DNA of 64,000 bases from Puniceicoccaceae bacterium (lineage in GTDB: Bacteria > Verrucomicrobiota > Verrucomicrobiia > Opitutales > Oceanipulchritudinaceae). Positions 38,020 to 48,766 of this stretch are shown here, piece after piece; the stretch's first letter is position 1; each line of letters starts with the position of its first letter. The stretch covers positions 5,933 through 69,932 of the forward strand of contig JBFOLZ010000051.1 of assembly GCA_040830445.1 (NCBI GenBank), in the 5' to 3' direction. The notes under the pieces were generated by a model, which saw only the letters and a list, made by a program, of their open reading frames with translations, did no database searches and was not told the DNA's origin. The position numbers and the translations under genes are program-made.

Positions 38020-38906
38020 TTCAGGACGTCACCTATATTCATCAGGGGCAACGGCTGGGGGCTGTCTCCATTGATGAAATAAATCTTTGAACTGGGATCC
38101 TTTGATATGACTTTAAGGGCGTCCATTGCCTGCAGTTGCAAGTAAGCAGGGTTTTCCGCAATGGCTTCGTTGAGCTGCCGAATCTCGTATGCCCGTGCAT
38201 CGGCCAGAAGCTCAATTTGCTTGGCCTGTTCTTCCGCGGCCTCGCGCTGTGCAGTGGCTTGGGCCAGCAATTGTTGTTGCTCGGTTCGGTAACGTTCCAG
38301 CTCGGCCTTCTGCTTCTCGACTTCCTGTTCCCGTTCCTTCTTGGCCTCAATGGCCTTCATGATGAAGGGTGGCAGGGTGATGCTGCGGATGAGCACCCGG
38401 TCGATCTTCAGGCCCTTGGGCTCAAGGTCAGTACGGAGCGCGCTCATCATGTTCTCCTGCAGCATGTTCTGGGTCTCCTCGAGGAAGAAGTCCTCGGCCC
38501 GGGGAATGCTCTTGCCAGCCTCGCGGAGGATGGACCGCAGTGCCGGAGTCAGCTGGTTGGTGATGAGCATGGTGGTCGTGCCGAAGTTCTGGTAGGTACT
38601 CGGCGCGAGGTCACCATTGACGCTGAAACGCACGCTGACGTCGATTTCGGTCTGCAACTGGTCCTGGCTGGGAACCGCTGCGGTCTCGGTGTGGGTCTTT
38701 TCCCGGATGTCAAACAGCGTCCACTCGTAGAGCGGATTCACCGGGATGTGCAGGCCGGACTCGTAGGGCTTGTCGATGACGGAGCCGAACAAGGTGGCCA
38801 CAGCCACATGACCGGCCGGGACGGATTTGAAGAAGCGGCTGCCGAACAGGACAACCAGGACGACGACAATTATGCCGACGATCATGGAGACATTTGCTTT
38901 TCTCAT
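38016..38906 (-). CDS. SPFH / band 7 / prohibitin family protein
   Basis: N-terminal TM, V.AGHVAV.T.FG.V, VPSQDQL, LIRSI.LP.FI..AIE.K and coiled-coil tail. Confidence 0.88.
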   Translation of the reverse strand: MRKANVSMIVGIIVVVLVVLFGSRFFKSVPAGHVAVATLFGSVIDKPYESGLHIPVNPLYEWTLFDIREKTHTETAAVPSQDQLQTEIDVSVRFSVNGDLAPSTYQNFGTTTMLITNQLTPALRSILREAGKSIPRAEDFFLEETQNMLQENMMSALRTDLEPKGLKIDRVLIRSITLPPFIMKAIEAKKEREQEVEKQKAELERYRTEQQQLLAQATAQREAAEEQAKQIELLADARAYEIRQLNEAIAENPAYLQLQAMDALKVISKDPSSKIYFINGDSPQPLPLMNIGDVLK

Positions 38907-38916
38907 AAAGGATGTA

Positions 38917-40278
38917 TTACTCCGATGAGCCGGATTTTTCAATACCTTCGCTCATCAAGTCGCCAATTAGTTTGGCCAGGCCGGCCCTGGGGAGCTCCGT
39001 TTCCCCGCCACTTTGCAGGTCGCGCACTTTGACGACATCACGCGCCCGCTCCTCGTCGCCGTAGATCAGGGCAACGCGAGCCCCGCTCTGGCCGGCCAGC
39101 TTGAATTGCTTGCCAAAGCCGGTTGACTTCAGGGCGTAACTCACCCGGTAACCGAGCGAACGCAACAGGGTCGCGTCCTGAAGGGCCATGAGACGTTCCT
39201 CCGGGCCACCGGTAACACAGTAAAAATCGGGTCCGTCGACAAGGGGTGGCAGCAGGCCGCTCTCCTCGAGGGCATCGGCAAGGACCACATCCCCCATGCC
39301 GAAGCCGACCGCCGGGACGTCAGGATACCCCAGCAGGCTGACCAGGTGATCGAATCGTCCCCCACCGGCAAGGGCCCGTCCGGTTGGATGGCCCTCCTTG
39401 TCGGTGGTGAAGATTTCAAAGACAAACCCGGTGTAGTAGGCCAGTCCCCGGACAATACCAAGGTCGATCTGAATGTAGTCCCCCACTCCGTGTGCTTCCA
39501 GGGAGTCGAGGAGGACTTTCCATTCCCCGATGCGCGCTGTAAACGATTCCTTTATTTCCGCCGTGGGCGCGAGGCCTGCAACAACTTCCTGCAGCCCTTC
39601 GATATCCCGCTGGGCGCGCAGCAGCTCGACGGTCCCGAGGAAATCGTCCACGGCGTCGTTGAAGAAAGGCTTCAACTTGTCGCGGAGGTCCTCGGTGGAC
39701 ATGCGCTCCATCTTGTCGATGACTGCCAGCACTTCGAGGGCGGCATCCCCGGCAAATCCCAGTCCTTCCAGGAAAAGGGTCCACAAGAGCCGGTCGCTGA
39801 GGCGCAACTTGATATCACCCGGCTTGAATCCAAACTCGCGCAGGACGCTAACTGCCAGGGCCATCACTTCCGCATCCGCCTGCGGTCCGGCCTCACCAAA
39901 GATATCGGCATTGAACTGGTAATGCGAACGCAGACGTCCTTTCTGTTGCCGCTCATAGCGGAAGTTTTCAGCGATATTGAACCACTTCACCGGCCGCTTG
40001 AGGCTATTGATCTTGCTGCCCACCATACGGGCCAGAGAGGGCGTCAGCTCGGGACGCAGGGCAACCGACCGTTCTCCCTGGTCGACAAAGTGGAACAACT
40101 GGCTGACAATTTCCTCCCCGCTCTTGCGGGTGAAGAGGTCCAGCGGTTCAAGCGTCGGGATATCATACTCCAGGAAATCGAAACGGCGGGCCCAGTTGGT
40201 CCACTGGCGGAATATGTAGTTCCGTTTCCGGCAATCATCGGGATAGAAATCCCTGAAACCCGGCAGCACTTCAAACAT
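38917..40278 (-). CDS. hisS: Histidine--tRNA ligase
   Basis: LPGFRDFYP, LRPELTPSLAR, FRYERQQKGRLRSHYQFNAD, IVRGLAYYTG.VFE and GGGRFD.L. Confidence 0.97.
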   Translation of the reverse strand: MFEVLPGFRDFYPDDCRKRNYIFRQWTNWARRFDFLEYDIPTLEPLDLFTRKSGEEIVSQLFHFVDQGERSVALRPELTPSLARMVGSKINSLKRPVKWFNIAENFRYERQQKGRLRSHYQFNADIFGEAGPQADAEVMALAVSVLREFGFKPGDIKLRLSDRLLWTLFLEGLGFAGDAALEVLAVIDKMERMSTEDLRDKLKPFFNDAVDDFLGTVELLRAQRDIEGLQEVVAGLAPTAEIKESFTARIGEWKVLLDSLEAHGVGDYIQIDLGIVRGLAYYTGFVFEIFTTDKEGHPTGRALAGGGRFDHLVSLLGYPDVPAVGFGMGDVVLADALEESGLLPPLVDGPDFYCVTGGPEERLMALQDATLLRSLGYRVSYALKSTGFGKQFKLAGQSGARVALIYGDEERARDVVKVRDLQSGGETELPRAGLAKLIGDLMSEGIEKSGSSE

Positions 40279-40296
40279 GGCGCTGGGTGGGCGAGC

Positions 40297-40623
40297 TTAA
40301 GCCTGCCGGTTATCGTCCAAGTCCTTCAGGTTGGCCTTGAGTTCCTTCCCGGACTTGAACTTGATGACCGACCGCTCGGGAATGACGACATCCTTTTCCG
40401 GCCGGTTGGGATTACGCCCAATCCGGGCCTTGCGGACCTGCACTTCAAAAACCCCGAAGTTCCGCAATTCAACGTTCTTGCCGGAGGACAGCGCCTTGGA
40501 AATCTCGTCGAGCGTCCGCTGCACGATTTCCCGAATGGCCTTCTGAGAGACTTCAGGGTACTCGGTCTTGACCTCATTATGAATACTGAGGACGATATCT
40601 CTCTTGGTCAGGTTTGCGGACAT
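40297..40623 (-). CDS. HU/IHF family DNA-binding protein
   Basis: LTKRDIV, VELRNFGVFEV..RKARIGRNP and IKFKSGKELK. Confidence 0.93.
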   Translation of the reverse strand: MSANLTKRDIVLSIHNEVKTEYPEVSQKAIREIVQRTLDEISKALSSGKNVELRNFGVFEVQVRKARIGRNPNRPEKDVVIPERSVIKFKSGKELKANLKDLDDNRQA

Positions 40624-40720
40624 GGGAATATTGGTTTAACTTAAAAAATTCTAAGGATTTACAGTAATTCCTTAATAAGCAGGCACATGCTGTCAAGAGT
40701 GCCAACACAAAACATCATCA

Positions 40721-42340
40721 ATGAGTAAAGATAAAACACCGTTGGAGGAACTCCAGGAGAAGCTGCAGGACGCGCTGCGGAGTGGCAATGTCCAGATCAC
40801 GGGCGTCATGCCGGGCCAGCAGGTCCCACCGCAGAAACCCGCTGAGGATGGCCCCTCCAAGCAGGATCAGGAGGCGGAAGAAGCTCTGGAACAGATTCGC
40901 AATTTCAATTTCAAGCCGCGCGAAATCAGGGATTACCTGGACCGGTTCGTCATCCAGCAACAAGAGGCAAAAAAGGTTCTCTCGGTGGCCATCTGCGACC
41001 ATTACAACCATGTCCGGCAATGCCTGGAGAACCCCAAACTGCTGGAAAAGGATTATCACAAGCAGAACATTCTCCTCCTTGGACCAACAGGCGTCGGAAA
41101 GACCTTCATCATGCGGCACATCTCCAAGCTGATTGGGGTGCCTTTTGTGAAGGCCGATGCGACCAAATTTTCCGAGACCGGCTATGTCGGGGCGGATGTG
41201 GAAGACCTGGTCCGCGATCTCTACAAGGTCTCGGGCTCCAATGCTGATCTGGCCCAGTATGGCATCATATATATTGACGAGATCGACAAGATCGCTGCTG
41301 CCAGCAATATTTCCGGTGGCAAGGACGTATCGGGCCGGGGAGTGCAGATAAATCTTCTCAAGCTGATGGAGGACACCGACGTCAACCTTTTCAGCCCCAC
41401 CGACATGATGGCCCAGATGAGCGCCATGATGGAGGCCAGTCGAGGCGGCAAGCCCCGCAAGCGCAGCATTAACACCCGGCACATCCTGTTTATTGTCAGT
41501 GGCGCGTTCGACAAGCTGGCGGAATCCGTCAAGAAACGCCTCGAGGCCAACTCCATTGGCTTTGGCAACACCCGGGACATCATAGACAGGGAGGCCAGTG
41601 AGTACCTCCACAACGTCGAAACCAACGACCTCATCAAGTACGGCTTTGAACCGGAGTTTGTCGGCCGTCTGCCAGTGCGGGTGGCCTGCGACCCGCTGGC
41701 CGCGAAGGACCTTGCTGCCATCCTCACCAGTGCCGAGGACAACCTGCTCGAGCAGTACACCCAGGACTTCAAGGGCTATGGCATTGACTTCAAGGTAACG
41801 ACGGAGGCCATCGATGAAATTTCCGAGCGCGCCTACCAGGAAAAGACCGGTGCCCGTGGGCTCATGACGGTCTTTGAACGAGTCTTCCGCTACTTCAAGT
41901 TCGAACTGCCGTCGGCGGGTGCCCCCTCATTCGAGGTTACCCGGGAAACCGTGGCCGAGCCGCAGGAAGCATTGAAGGAGCTGCTCAAGGAACACAGCCA
42001 CATGAAACGCAACATCCTGCGCCAGGAATTGGATGCTTTCATCGAGCGTTTCAAGAGCACGACCGGCATGACGATTTCCTTCAGCGAGGAGGCCTGTGAC
42101 CTCCTTATCGATGTGGCCGTGGACCGCGACAAGACAATCCGGGCCATCTGCGAGGAGCGCTTCAAGGATCTGGAATACGGCCTGAAAATCGTCTCCCGCA
42201 ACACCGGCAGCACCACCTTTGAAATCAACCGCACCATGGCGGAGAACCCTGATGCGGAACTTTCCAAGATGGTCGTGGAAAGTTTTAACCAGGCCCAGGA
42301 AAATCCGCCGGAACCAAGCGAGCCCGAAGAAGAAGCTTAA
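40721..42340 (+). CDS. ClpX-like AAA+ ATPase lacking the N-terminal zinc-binding domain, with a C-terminal extension
   Basis: Walker [23 protein letters not shown], Walker [23 protein letters not shown] loop SIGFG and PEFVGRLPV. Confidence 0.88.
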   Translation: MSKDKTPLEELQEKLQDALRSGNVQITGVMPGQQVPPQKPAEDGPSKQDQEAEEALEQIRNFNFKPREIRDYLDRFVIQQQEAKKVLSVAICDHYNHVRQCLENPKLLEKDYHKQNILLLGPTGVGKTFIMRHISKLIGVPFVKADATKFSETGYVGADVEDLVRDLYKVSGSNADLAQYGIIYIDEIDKIAAASNISGGKDVSGRGVQINLLKLMEDTDVNLFSPTDMMAQMSAMMEASRGGKPRKRSINTRHILFIVSGAFDKLAESVKKRLEANSIGFGNTRDIIDREASEYLHNVETNDLIKYGFEPEFVGRLPVRVACDPLAAKDLAAILTSAEDNLLEQYTQDFKGYGIDFKVTTEAIDEISERAYQEKTGARGLMTVFERVFRYFKFELPSAGAPSFEVTRETVAEPQEALKELLKEHSHMKRNILRQELDAFIERFKSTTGMTISFSEEACDLLIDVAVDRDKTIRAICEERFKDLEYGLKIVSRNTGSTTFEINRTMAENPDAELSKMVVESFNQAQENPPEPSEPEEEA

Positions 42341-42419
42341 CCCAATGGGTTGGAATTCTGCCTTCAGGCGGTATCCGGCTGAAGCCGGGACTCCAACCCG
42401 AGACCTAAGAGAAAAGCGA

Positions 42420-43118
42420 ATGCCCGAAGGTAAATCCGTCCAGACCATGTTTTCCGGAATTTCCGGACGCTATGACTTTGCCAATCACTTTCTCAGTGGG
42501 GGCATGGATTTCTACTGGCGTTACCGGTTGGTCAAAGCGGTGGCGCGGCATCAACCGTGTGCAGTGGCCGATCTGGCAACGGGTAGCGGGGATGTTGCTC
42601 TCGCGATGCGGAAGAAGCTGCCGGCCACCTGCCCCATCCATGGTCTTGATTTCTGTGAGCCGATGCTCGAAGAGGCTCGCCGTAAACAGGAAGATCGCAA
42701 CCTTCCTGGCGAGCTGAGTTTCGCCTTTGGCGACTGCCTTAACCTGCCCCTGCCGGATGCCAGCGTCGAGGCGGTGACCATCGCCTTCGGTTTGCGTAAC
42801 CTGGAGGACCGGCACAAGGGCCTCTGTGAGATGCGCCGCATCCTCAAACCCGGCAGTGGTGCCCTCTTCGTCCTAGAGTTCACCCAGCCGGATGCCTGGA
42901 TGAAGCCGATTTACGGTCCCTACCTGAAGTATGTCCTGCCGCAGTTGGCCAAACTGGCTACCGGCGACAAAGCCGCCTACGATTATCTGGCCGGGAGCAT
43001 CGAGGCTTTCCCGGACAAGGCCAGCCTCAGCGAAGAGCTGGCAGCCGCCGGATTCAGCGCCATTGAGGCCACAGGACTGACCGGTTCCATTGTCGCTATC
43101 CACAAGGCAATTGCCTGA
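42420..43118 (+). CDS. menG: UbiE/MenG family methyltransferase
   Basis: [51 protein letters not shown] and LEFTQP. Confidence 0.92.
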   Translation: MPEGKSVQTMFSGISGRYDFANHFLSGGMDFYWRYRLVKAVARHQPCAVADLATGSGDVALAMRKKLPATCPIHGLDFCEPMLEEARRKQEDRNLPGELSFAFGDCLNLPLPDASVEAVTIAFGLRNLEDRHKGLCEMRRILKPGSGALFVLEFTQPDAWMKPIYGPYLKYVLPQLAKLATGDKAAYDYLAGSIEAFPDKASLSEELAAAGFSAIEATGLTGSIVAIHKAIA

Positions 43119-43169
43119 GTGACCGCCCAGTGGGGCTCGGTCCGGGCACCTGTTGAGATTTTGGGTTAC

Positions 43170-43206
43170 AAAAAAATCCCGGCCCCGCAGCGCGGAACCG
43201 GGATTT
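43170..43206 (-). terminator. Intrinsic terminator after skp (possibly bidirectional)
   Basis: AAATCCCGG / CCGGGATTT stem with an adjacent A-run (U-tract on the minus strand), between convergent genes. Confidence 0.6.
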
Positions 43207-43233
43207 GGAAATTGAAGGACCGTTGAGCAGGGT

Positions 43234-43821
43234 TTACTCGGTCGGTGCGTCAGCATTGAGCTGGTTCAGCACCTTGTCGGTGATGTCCAGGGCGTCGCTG
43301 CCATAAAGGACAGTGGGGACACCACCAGCCGGAGAGCTGCTGTCGAGGACGAGGTCGGCAGAGTGGTCCCGGAGGGCGATTTCCTGCACCAGCTTGACGA
43401 TCTCGTTGATGAGGTCGCGGCTGATTTCCTGGCTCTGCTGCTGCAGGTCATTCACCTTCTGCTGCCACCAGCGCTGGGCTTCCTGCTGCTTCTGCTGGAT
43501 GCCGAGACCCATTTGCTGGATTTCCGCTTCCATTTCAGCCTTTGAATCCTCGGAAAGGACAGGGTTCTGCAGTTCTTCCTGCTTGGCCTGGAAGTCCTGG
43601 ACGAGGGTCTCGAGTTCCTTGGCCTTTTCCTCGCGCTCGGCGACAGCTTGCTGCTGGACACTTTCGAGGCGCTGTGTGGCCTGTGCGGCCTTGTAGTAGC
43701 CGTCGAGAAGCTTCTGCAGATTCACAGTAACGATTGTTACCTCCGCATTGGCCGCATTAAAAGCAAGGGCGCCCATCGCGAGAACGGGCAGAAGGAGTTT
43801 CTTTATATTTCTCATTTTCAT
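43234..43821 (-). CDS. skp: OmpH/Skp periplasmic chaperone
   Basis: Signal peptide, I.TVNLQKLL, long coiled coil and VLYG...LDITDKVL; follows bamA. Confidence 0.88.
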   Translation of the reverse strand: MKMRNIKKLLLPVLAMGALAFNAANAEVTIVTVNLQKLLDGYYKAAQATQRLESVQQQAVAEREEKAKELETLVQDFQAKQEELQNPVLSEDSKAEMEAEIQQMGLGIQQKQQEAQRWWQQKVNDLQQQSQEISRDLINEIVKLVQEIALRDHSADLVLDSSSPAGGVPTVLYGSDALDITDKVLNQLNADAPTE

Positions 43822-43890
43822 GAATGTTTTGATGGATTTGTTCGATAGGTCAATGTTGAAGAGACCCCAGAAACAAAGGGGTGTTCAAAT

Positions 43891-46272
43891 TTAGAAACGA
43901 GTACCAAAAGAGAAATTGAACTGATTTCCGGTATCGTTGGTGTAGCGGAGGTTCCCGTTTTCATCGTAGTATTCCGATGAAGTGATGGGTATCCCGTAGT
44001 CGAGACGAAGGGGATTCCCAAGGACGAGAAGACGTACCCCGATACCCCAATTATCGTTGTAGGTAGAGGGATTGAAGTCGAAGTCATCCTTGTTGACGAA
44101 GCCCCAGTCGTAAAAGATCGCGATCCGCATGGCGTCGGCCAACTTGACTGAGTATTCTACACTGGCGAAGCCGTAGGAATTCCCGCCGATGGGCTCGCCG
44201 ATGAAGTCGCCATTGGGACTACCATCCTCATCAAAACCACTGATCGGTCCGACATCGCGGTAGTCAAATCCGCGCAGGGAATCCGGCCCGCCCATGTAAA
44301 ACCGATCAAAGAAGGGAGCGAACTGGCCGCTGTATTCCCAAATCGAGCCGGCGCGGGCGAGCACGATGATGACCTGGTCACCGATTTCAAAGGTCGGGAG
44401 GAAAAAGGCGCTGCGGCCCTCGAACTTGAGATATTCCGTATCCCCCCCGATACCGGCAAAGGTCGTGGCAAGCGAAATACGGCTGCCGCGGGTGGTAAAA
44501 ATGAGGTCGTTCCGGGTATCACGCCACATCGTGAAGGCCATCTTGGACACGGAGCGCGGGCTTTCCTCCGCCTCCTCGCGGATGACAAAGGGCGCATTGC
44601 CACTGACATTGCGAAGGTCGACAACTTCGTAGTTGTAGGCCAACTGGCCATTGACGAGACCGAAGAGTCGCTTCCTCAGATACAGCTGCAGACCGGTCCG
44701 CATTTCGTCGTAGGTCGTACTGTTGAAGTCCGTTTCCCGCCGGAAGAGCTCAAACCCGAAGGCCAGTCGTCGCTCGAAGAACCAGGGCTCCTCAAAGGCC
44801 AGGACCACTTCGTTGGAGGTGGAGCCAATGGAACCGCGGAAGCGGAACTTCTGACCATCCCCCTGCAGGAAGGGTGAGCGCCACTTGAAGAGATCGAAGT
44901 TCCCTTGGGAAACTTCAAAGAAGAAGACCGCATTCTCAATGGAGCTGAATCCGGCCCCGAACTGGAAGTTTCCGGTACGGCCTTCCTTGACCCGGATTTT
45001 GAGGTTTCGCTTGCCGGGAATGTTGGTCGGTTCCGGGGAAAGCTGCACTTCCTCGAAGAAGCGGGTATTCTTGAGGATGGCCTCACTGTTCTTCATGTAG
45101 ACCATGTTGAAGGTCCGTCCGGGGGACAAGGCCAGTTCCCGGATGATGACCGTGCTCTTGGTCTTGGTGTTGCCTTCGATGATGATCGACTCCACGTCAA
45201 ACTTCTCGCTTTCGCGGACGTTGTAGATGAGGTCGATGTTACCGGTCTCGATATTGGCCCGGCGGTCGGGACGGACACTGGTGTCGAGGTAACCAACGGA
45301 GCCGTAGATGTTAGTCAGGCGCTCAACATCCTCATCGAGGACTTCCGGGGAGAAAACGTCCCCCGGCAGGAGATCGATGGAGGCAAAGAGAAGCGGTGTC
45401 GGGAAAATGGTATTTCCTTCAAAGCGGATATCCCCCACCCGGTACTGGCGGCCTTCGTCAACCCGGATGGTGACAACAATCTTACCCGGCTTGGGATAAT
45501 CCAGGGAAACGTTTGATTCCGGAATACTGACATCGAGGTAACCGGCATTGAGGTACTTGGCGCGCAGGCGCTCAAGATCTTCCTGGAACTTGACCTCGTC
45601 AAACCGGCCGGAGCCGGTGAGCCAGGAAAGGAACCAGCGTTTGCGGGTCTCCATTTCCTTCTTCAACTGGCGACCGGAAAATGCCGTGTTGCCGATAAAT
45701 TCGACATCATCAATCTTCAGCTTGAGTCCTTCATTGATGAGGAAAACAACGGCCCCGTCCCCGGTGTTGGGATTCTTGTCGATGCGGTAATCGACCCGGA
45801 CTTCTGTGTATCCCTTGTCGCGATAGTATTCCTTGATGCTGTCTGCACCCCGCCGGATACGCCGCTCATCAATACTCTGGCCAACCCGGATATCCACCTC
45901 ACGGCGCAAACGCCGGGTCTTGACCTTGTTGTTACCGGTAATCTCGATTTCAGAAATCCGGTAACGGGCCTGGACCGTAAAGATGACCCGCAGTTGCCCG
46001 CCACTCATGTCCTCTGTCCGGGCCTCAATGAAGTCGAAAAGCCGGGTGCCATAAAGGTTGCGGATCGAGCGGTCGACAAGGTTCTGGCTGAAAGGCATTC
46101 CTTCCCGTATTTGCAGACGGGCCAGGACAGCTTCATCACTGATATTCCGAATATCGACAAACTCGATATCGATGTCGCCGACGATTCGGTCCGTGACTTG
46201 AGTCTGGGCGGAAAGCGGGCTGAGAGCCGCCAGGAGGAGTCCGAGAATCAGGTATTGGATAAGGCCTCTCAT
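43891..46272 (-). CDS. bamA: Outer membrane protein assembly factor BamA
   Basis: POTRA repeats, GN.KTK..VI.REL, F.MGG.DSLRGF, PLRLDYG.P and C-terminal FNFSFGTRF. Confidence 0.95.
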   Translation of the reverse strand: MRGLIQYLILGLLLAALSPLSAQTQVTDRIVGDIDIEFVDIRNISDEAVLARLQIREGMPFSQNLVDRSIRNLYGTRLFDFIEARTEDMSGGQLRVIFTVQARYRISEIEITGNNKVKTRRLRREVDIRVGQSIDERRIRRGADSIKEYYRDKGYTEVRVDYRIDKNPNTGDGAVVFLINEGLKLKIDDVEFIGNTAFSGRQLKKEMETRKRWFLSWLTGSGRFDEVKFQEDLERLRAKYLNAGYLDVSIPESNVSLDYPKPGKIVVTIRVDEGRQYRVGDIRFEGNTIFPTPLLFASIDLLPGDVFSPEVLDEDVERLTNIYGSVGYLDTSVRPDRRANIETGNIDLIYNVRESEKFDVESIIIEGNTKTKSTVIIRELALSPGRTFNMVYMKNSEAILKNTRFFEEVQLSPEPTNIPGKRNLKIRVKEGRTGNFQFGAGFSSIENAVFFFEVSQGNFDLFKWRSPFLQGDGQKFRFRGSIGSTSNEVVLAFEEPWFFERRLAFGFELFRRETDFNSTTYDEMRTGLQLYLRKRLFGLVNGQLAYNYEVVDLRNVSGNAPFVIREEAEESPRSVSKMAFTMWRDTRNDLIFTTRGSRISLATTFAGIGGDTEYLKFEGRSAFFLPTFEIGDQVIIVLARAGSIWEYSGQFAPFFDRFYMGGPDSLRGFDYRDVGPISGFDEDGSPNGDFIGEPIGGNSYGFASVEYSVKLADAMRIAIFYDWGFVNKDDFDFNPSTYNDNWGIGVRLLVLGNPLRLDYGIPITSSEYYDENGNLRYTNDTGNQFNFSFGTRF

Positions 46273-46276
46273 ATGA

Positions 46277-47692
46277 TTATTCCAAAGGCTGGTCAGTATG
46301 GTTTTCAAAGCGAGTAAATTCGGGGATAAAGGTCAAAGCCACGCTGCCGGTCGGACCGTTGCGCTGCTTGGCGATTATGAGGTCCCGCTCACGGGACGCT
46401 TGCGGCACAGTGGGGTTATCCTCGGTGTTTTGCCTCGCGGCAAGCAGGAAAACAACGTCGGCGTCTTGTTCGATGGACCCTGATTCGCGCAGATCGGAGA
46501 TCCGCGGCTGGCGGTTTTCCTTTTCAGAGGACCGGTTCAGCTGGCTGAGAACGAGGACCGGGACGTTTAATTCCTTGGCCATGGCCTTGATCCCACGGCT
46601 GATTTCAGAAATCTGCTGCTCCCGGGGCACCCGGGAATCCGTCCCGCTGATGAGCTGAAGATAATCGATGACGATCAGCTGCACCTTGTGCTGCCGGTGG
46701 ACTCGCCGGGCCTTGGCCCGCAATTGCAGGATGTTGATCCCGCTGGCGTCGTCTACCCAGATGGGAGCAGTCTTGAGGACCTTGGCCTCCCGGGCGAGAT
46801 CCGCCTGCTGCTTCTGGCTGATCATCCTATCGCGGACCCGTCGCATACTGACCTTGGCCCGGCCACAAAGCATCCGCATGGCCAATTGCTCGGAAGGCAT
46901 TTCCAAGCTGAAGACAAGGATGCCTTTTCCCTCTCCATGGTGCGGGAGGGCAGCATTCTCGGCAATATTCATCCCAAGGGAGGTTTTCCCCATTGAAGGA
47001 CGGGCTGCAAGGACCACCATCTGCCCCGAGTGAAGCCCGAAGGTCATCCCATCGATATCCTTGTATCCTGTCAGGACACCTGCATCCTGGTTCCCCTCGA
47101 GGATATTCCGGATCAGTGTCCCGGCGTCCTCAATCGACTCATCAAACTTCTTCGCCGAGTCGCCGGAGCGGTCTTCCTGGATGGAAAGAATTCGGGCTTC
47201 AGCGTCACCGATAAAGGCCTCCAGTTGGTCCTGGTTGACATAGGCCTCCTCGGCAATGTGGGAGGCCGTCTCAATCAGCCGCCGCAGGAGCCACTTCTGG
47301 TGGACGATGTCGAGCCAGTAACGGGCATTGGCAATGGACTCGATCCGGTTCGTCAACTGGATCAAGGCTGCCGGGCCGCCCACCAATTGAATCAGCGGGG
47401 TTTTGGGATCCGTGTTGCGCTGTTGCCGATAGAGCCAGTCGATGCTGCCGACCGGCCGGCTGCTCAAGGCATCCAGGACCGTGACCTCATCCACGCCGCT
47501 GTTCTCGGCGTAGAGGGTCTGCATCACATGAAAGATGACCTTGTGGGCCGGCTTGAAGAAGGATTCCGCCTTCAGGCCGGCTTCCATGCAGGCGGAAAGG
47601 ATATCCGCTCCCGGATCGATCAGGCAGGATCCGAGAAGACCTTCTTCCGCCTCCAGGCTGTGCGGCGCTATGCGTCCTCGCTCCTCAGTCAT
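46277..47692 (-). CDS. dnaB: Replicative DNA helicase
   Basis: PHSLEAEEGLLG, LAARPSMGKTS, FSLEMP.EQL, IDYLQLI, SQLNR and DLRESGSIEQDAD. Confidence 0.97.
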   Translation of the reverse strand: MTEERGRIAPHSLEAEEGLLGSCLIDPGADILSACMEAGLKAESFFKPAHKVIFHVMQTLYAENSGVDEVTVLDALSSRPVGSIDWLYRQQRNTDPKTPLIQLVGGPAALIQLTNRIESIANARYWLDIVHQKWLLRRLIETASHIAEEAYVNQDQLEAFIGDAEARILSIQEDRSGDSAKKFDESIEDAGTLIRNILEGNQDAGVLTGYKDIDGMTFGLHSGQMVVLAARPSMGKTSLGMNIAENAALPHHGEGKGILVFSLEMPSEQLAMRMLCGRAKVSMRRVRDRMISQKQQADLAREAKVLKTAPIWVDDASGINILQLRAKARRVHRQHKVQLIVIDYLQLISGTDSRVPREQQISEISRGIKAMAKELNVPVLVLSQLNRSSEKENRQPRISDLRESGSIEQDADVVFLLAARQNTEDNPTVPQASRERDLIIAKQRNGPTGSVALTFIPEFTRFENHTDQPLE

Positions 47693-47747
47693 GGCAGGTG
47701 CGATGTCGCATGTAAAAGGTCCTCAATCAAGGGTCAGGGACGGGGGC

Positions 47748-48248
47748 TTACGCCTCTGCAGCGCCTTCGCTCTCTCCTTCTCCTTCTTCGATCGGATTCT
47801 CCGAAACAACCTCGAATTCGAAATCAAGGGAAACGTCCTCATGCAGGCGGACGCGGGTGCTGTGCTTGCCAAGGCTCTTGATGGGGGTGTAGAGGCTGAC
47901 CTGCTTCTTGTCCAGTTCGACGCCTTCCTCGGCGATGCGGCTGACAAGATCCTGGGCGGTGACCGCTCCGAACATCTTGCCTCCGGGGCCTGTCTTGACG
48001 GCGAAGACAATCTTGATCGTCTCCAGCTTGGCAGCGACCTGCTGGGCGCTTTCGAGCTCGGCGGCCCGGCGCTTATCGGCACGGTCCTTGAGGGCGTCAA
48101 TCTGCTTCCGGTTGGCCCGGGTAACAGGGATGGCGAGGCCGCGCGGCAACAGGAAATTGCGGGCGTAGCCGGTCTTTACGATAATGGTGTCACCCTCGTT
48201 GCCGAGGTTCTCCACCGGTTGAAGTAACAGAAGTTCTGCGTTTGCCAT
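47748..48248 (-). CDS. rplI: 50S ribosomal protein L9
   Basis: LG..GD.I.VK.GYARNFLLP.G.A and GKMFGAVT. Confidence 0.96.
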   Translation of the reverse strand: MANAELLLLQPVENLGNEGDTIIVKTGYARNFLLPRGLAIPVTRANRKQIDALKDRADKRRAAELESAQQVAAKLETIKIVFAVKTGPGGKMFGAVTAQDLVSRIAEEGVELDKKQVSLYTPIKSLGKHSTRVRLHEDVSLDFEFEVVSENPIEEGEGESEGAAEA

Positions 48249-48299
48249 GGGAATAATTCTCCTCTGAAAAAGTAAATGGTTGATTGCAATCAGTTGTGA

Positions 48300-48743
48300 T
48301 TAAAAGGGGACCTCGTCGTCGTCGAAGCTGTCTCCACCGGAGGCTCCGGAATCCTGGGCCGGGCGCGGACTGTCCTGTGCCCCACGGGGCTCCTCCGAAC
48401 GCTCCTGGCTGCCACCGGAGCCGAGAAACTGGAAGTTTTCCACCACGATCGCGAGCTTGGATCGCTTTTCGCCATTCTGGGTCTCCCACTGGTCGAGCCG
48501 CAAGCGGCCCTCCACAAAAAGGGGGGATCCCTTCTGGCAGTATTTCTCGATAATCTCGGCCTGGTTTCCAAAGGCATCCAAGTCGACAAAGGTGGTCTCT
48601 TCCCGGGCCTCGTTGTCACGGGTACGGAAACGACGGTTTACGGCCATGCCGAACTTGGCAATCTTCATCCCGGTCGGCGTAGTCCGCACTTCGGGATCGC
48701 GGGTCAAATTACCCATCAGTAACACTTTGTTGAAGTTTGCCAT
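48300..48743 (-). CDS. ssb: Single-stranded DNA-binding protein
   Basis: NKVLLMGNLTRDPEVR.TP.G, VEGRL..DQWE and C-terminal DDDEVPF. Confidence 0.97.
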   Translation of the reverse strand: MANFNKVLLMGNLTRDPEVRTTPTGMKIAKFGMAVNRRFRTRDNEAREETTFVDLDAFGNQAEIIEKYCQKGSPLFVEGRLRLDQWETQNGEKRSKLAIVVENFQFLGSGGSQERSEEPRGAQDSPRPAQDSGASGGDSFDDDEVPF

Positions 48744-48766
48744 AGCTCAGGTCCTCCGGTTTATGT

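Noticed and set aside
46273-46308. bamA/dnaB 32-bp coding overlap implied by the ORF track
   Set aside because: A downstream ATG at 46272 gives a normal signal peptide and removes the overlap.
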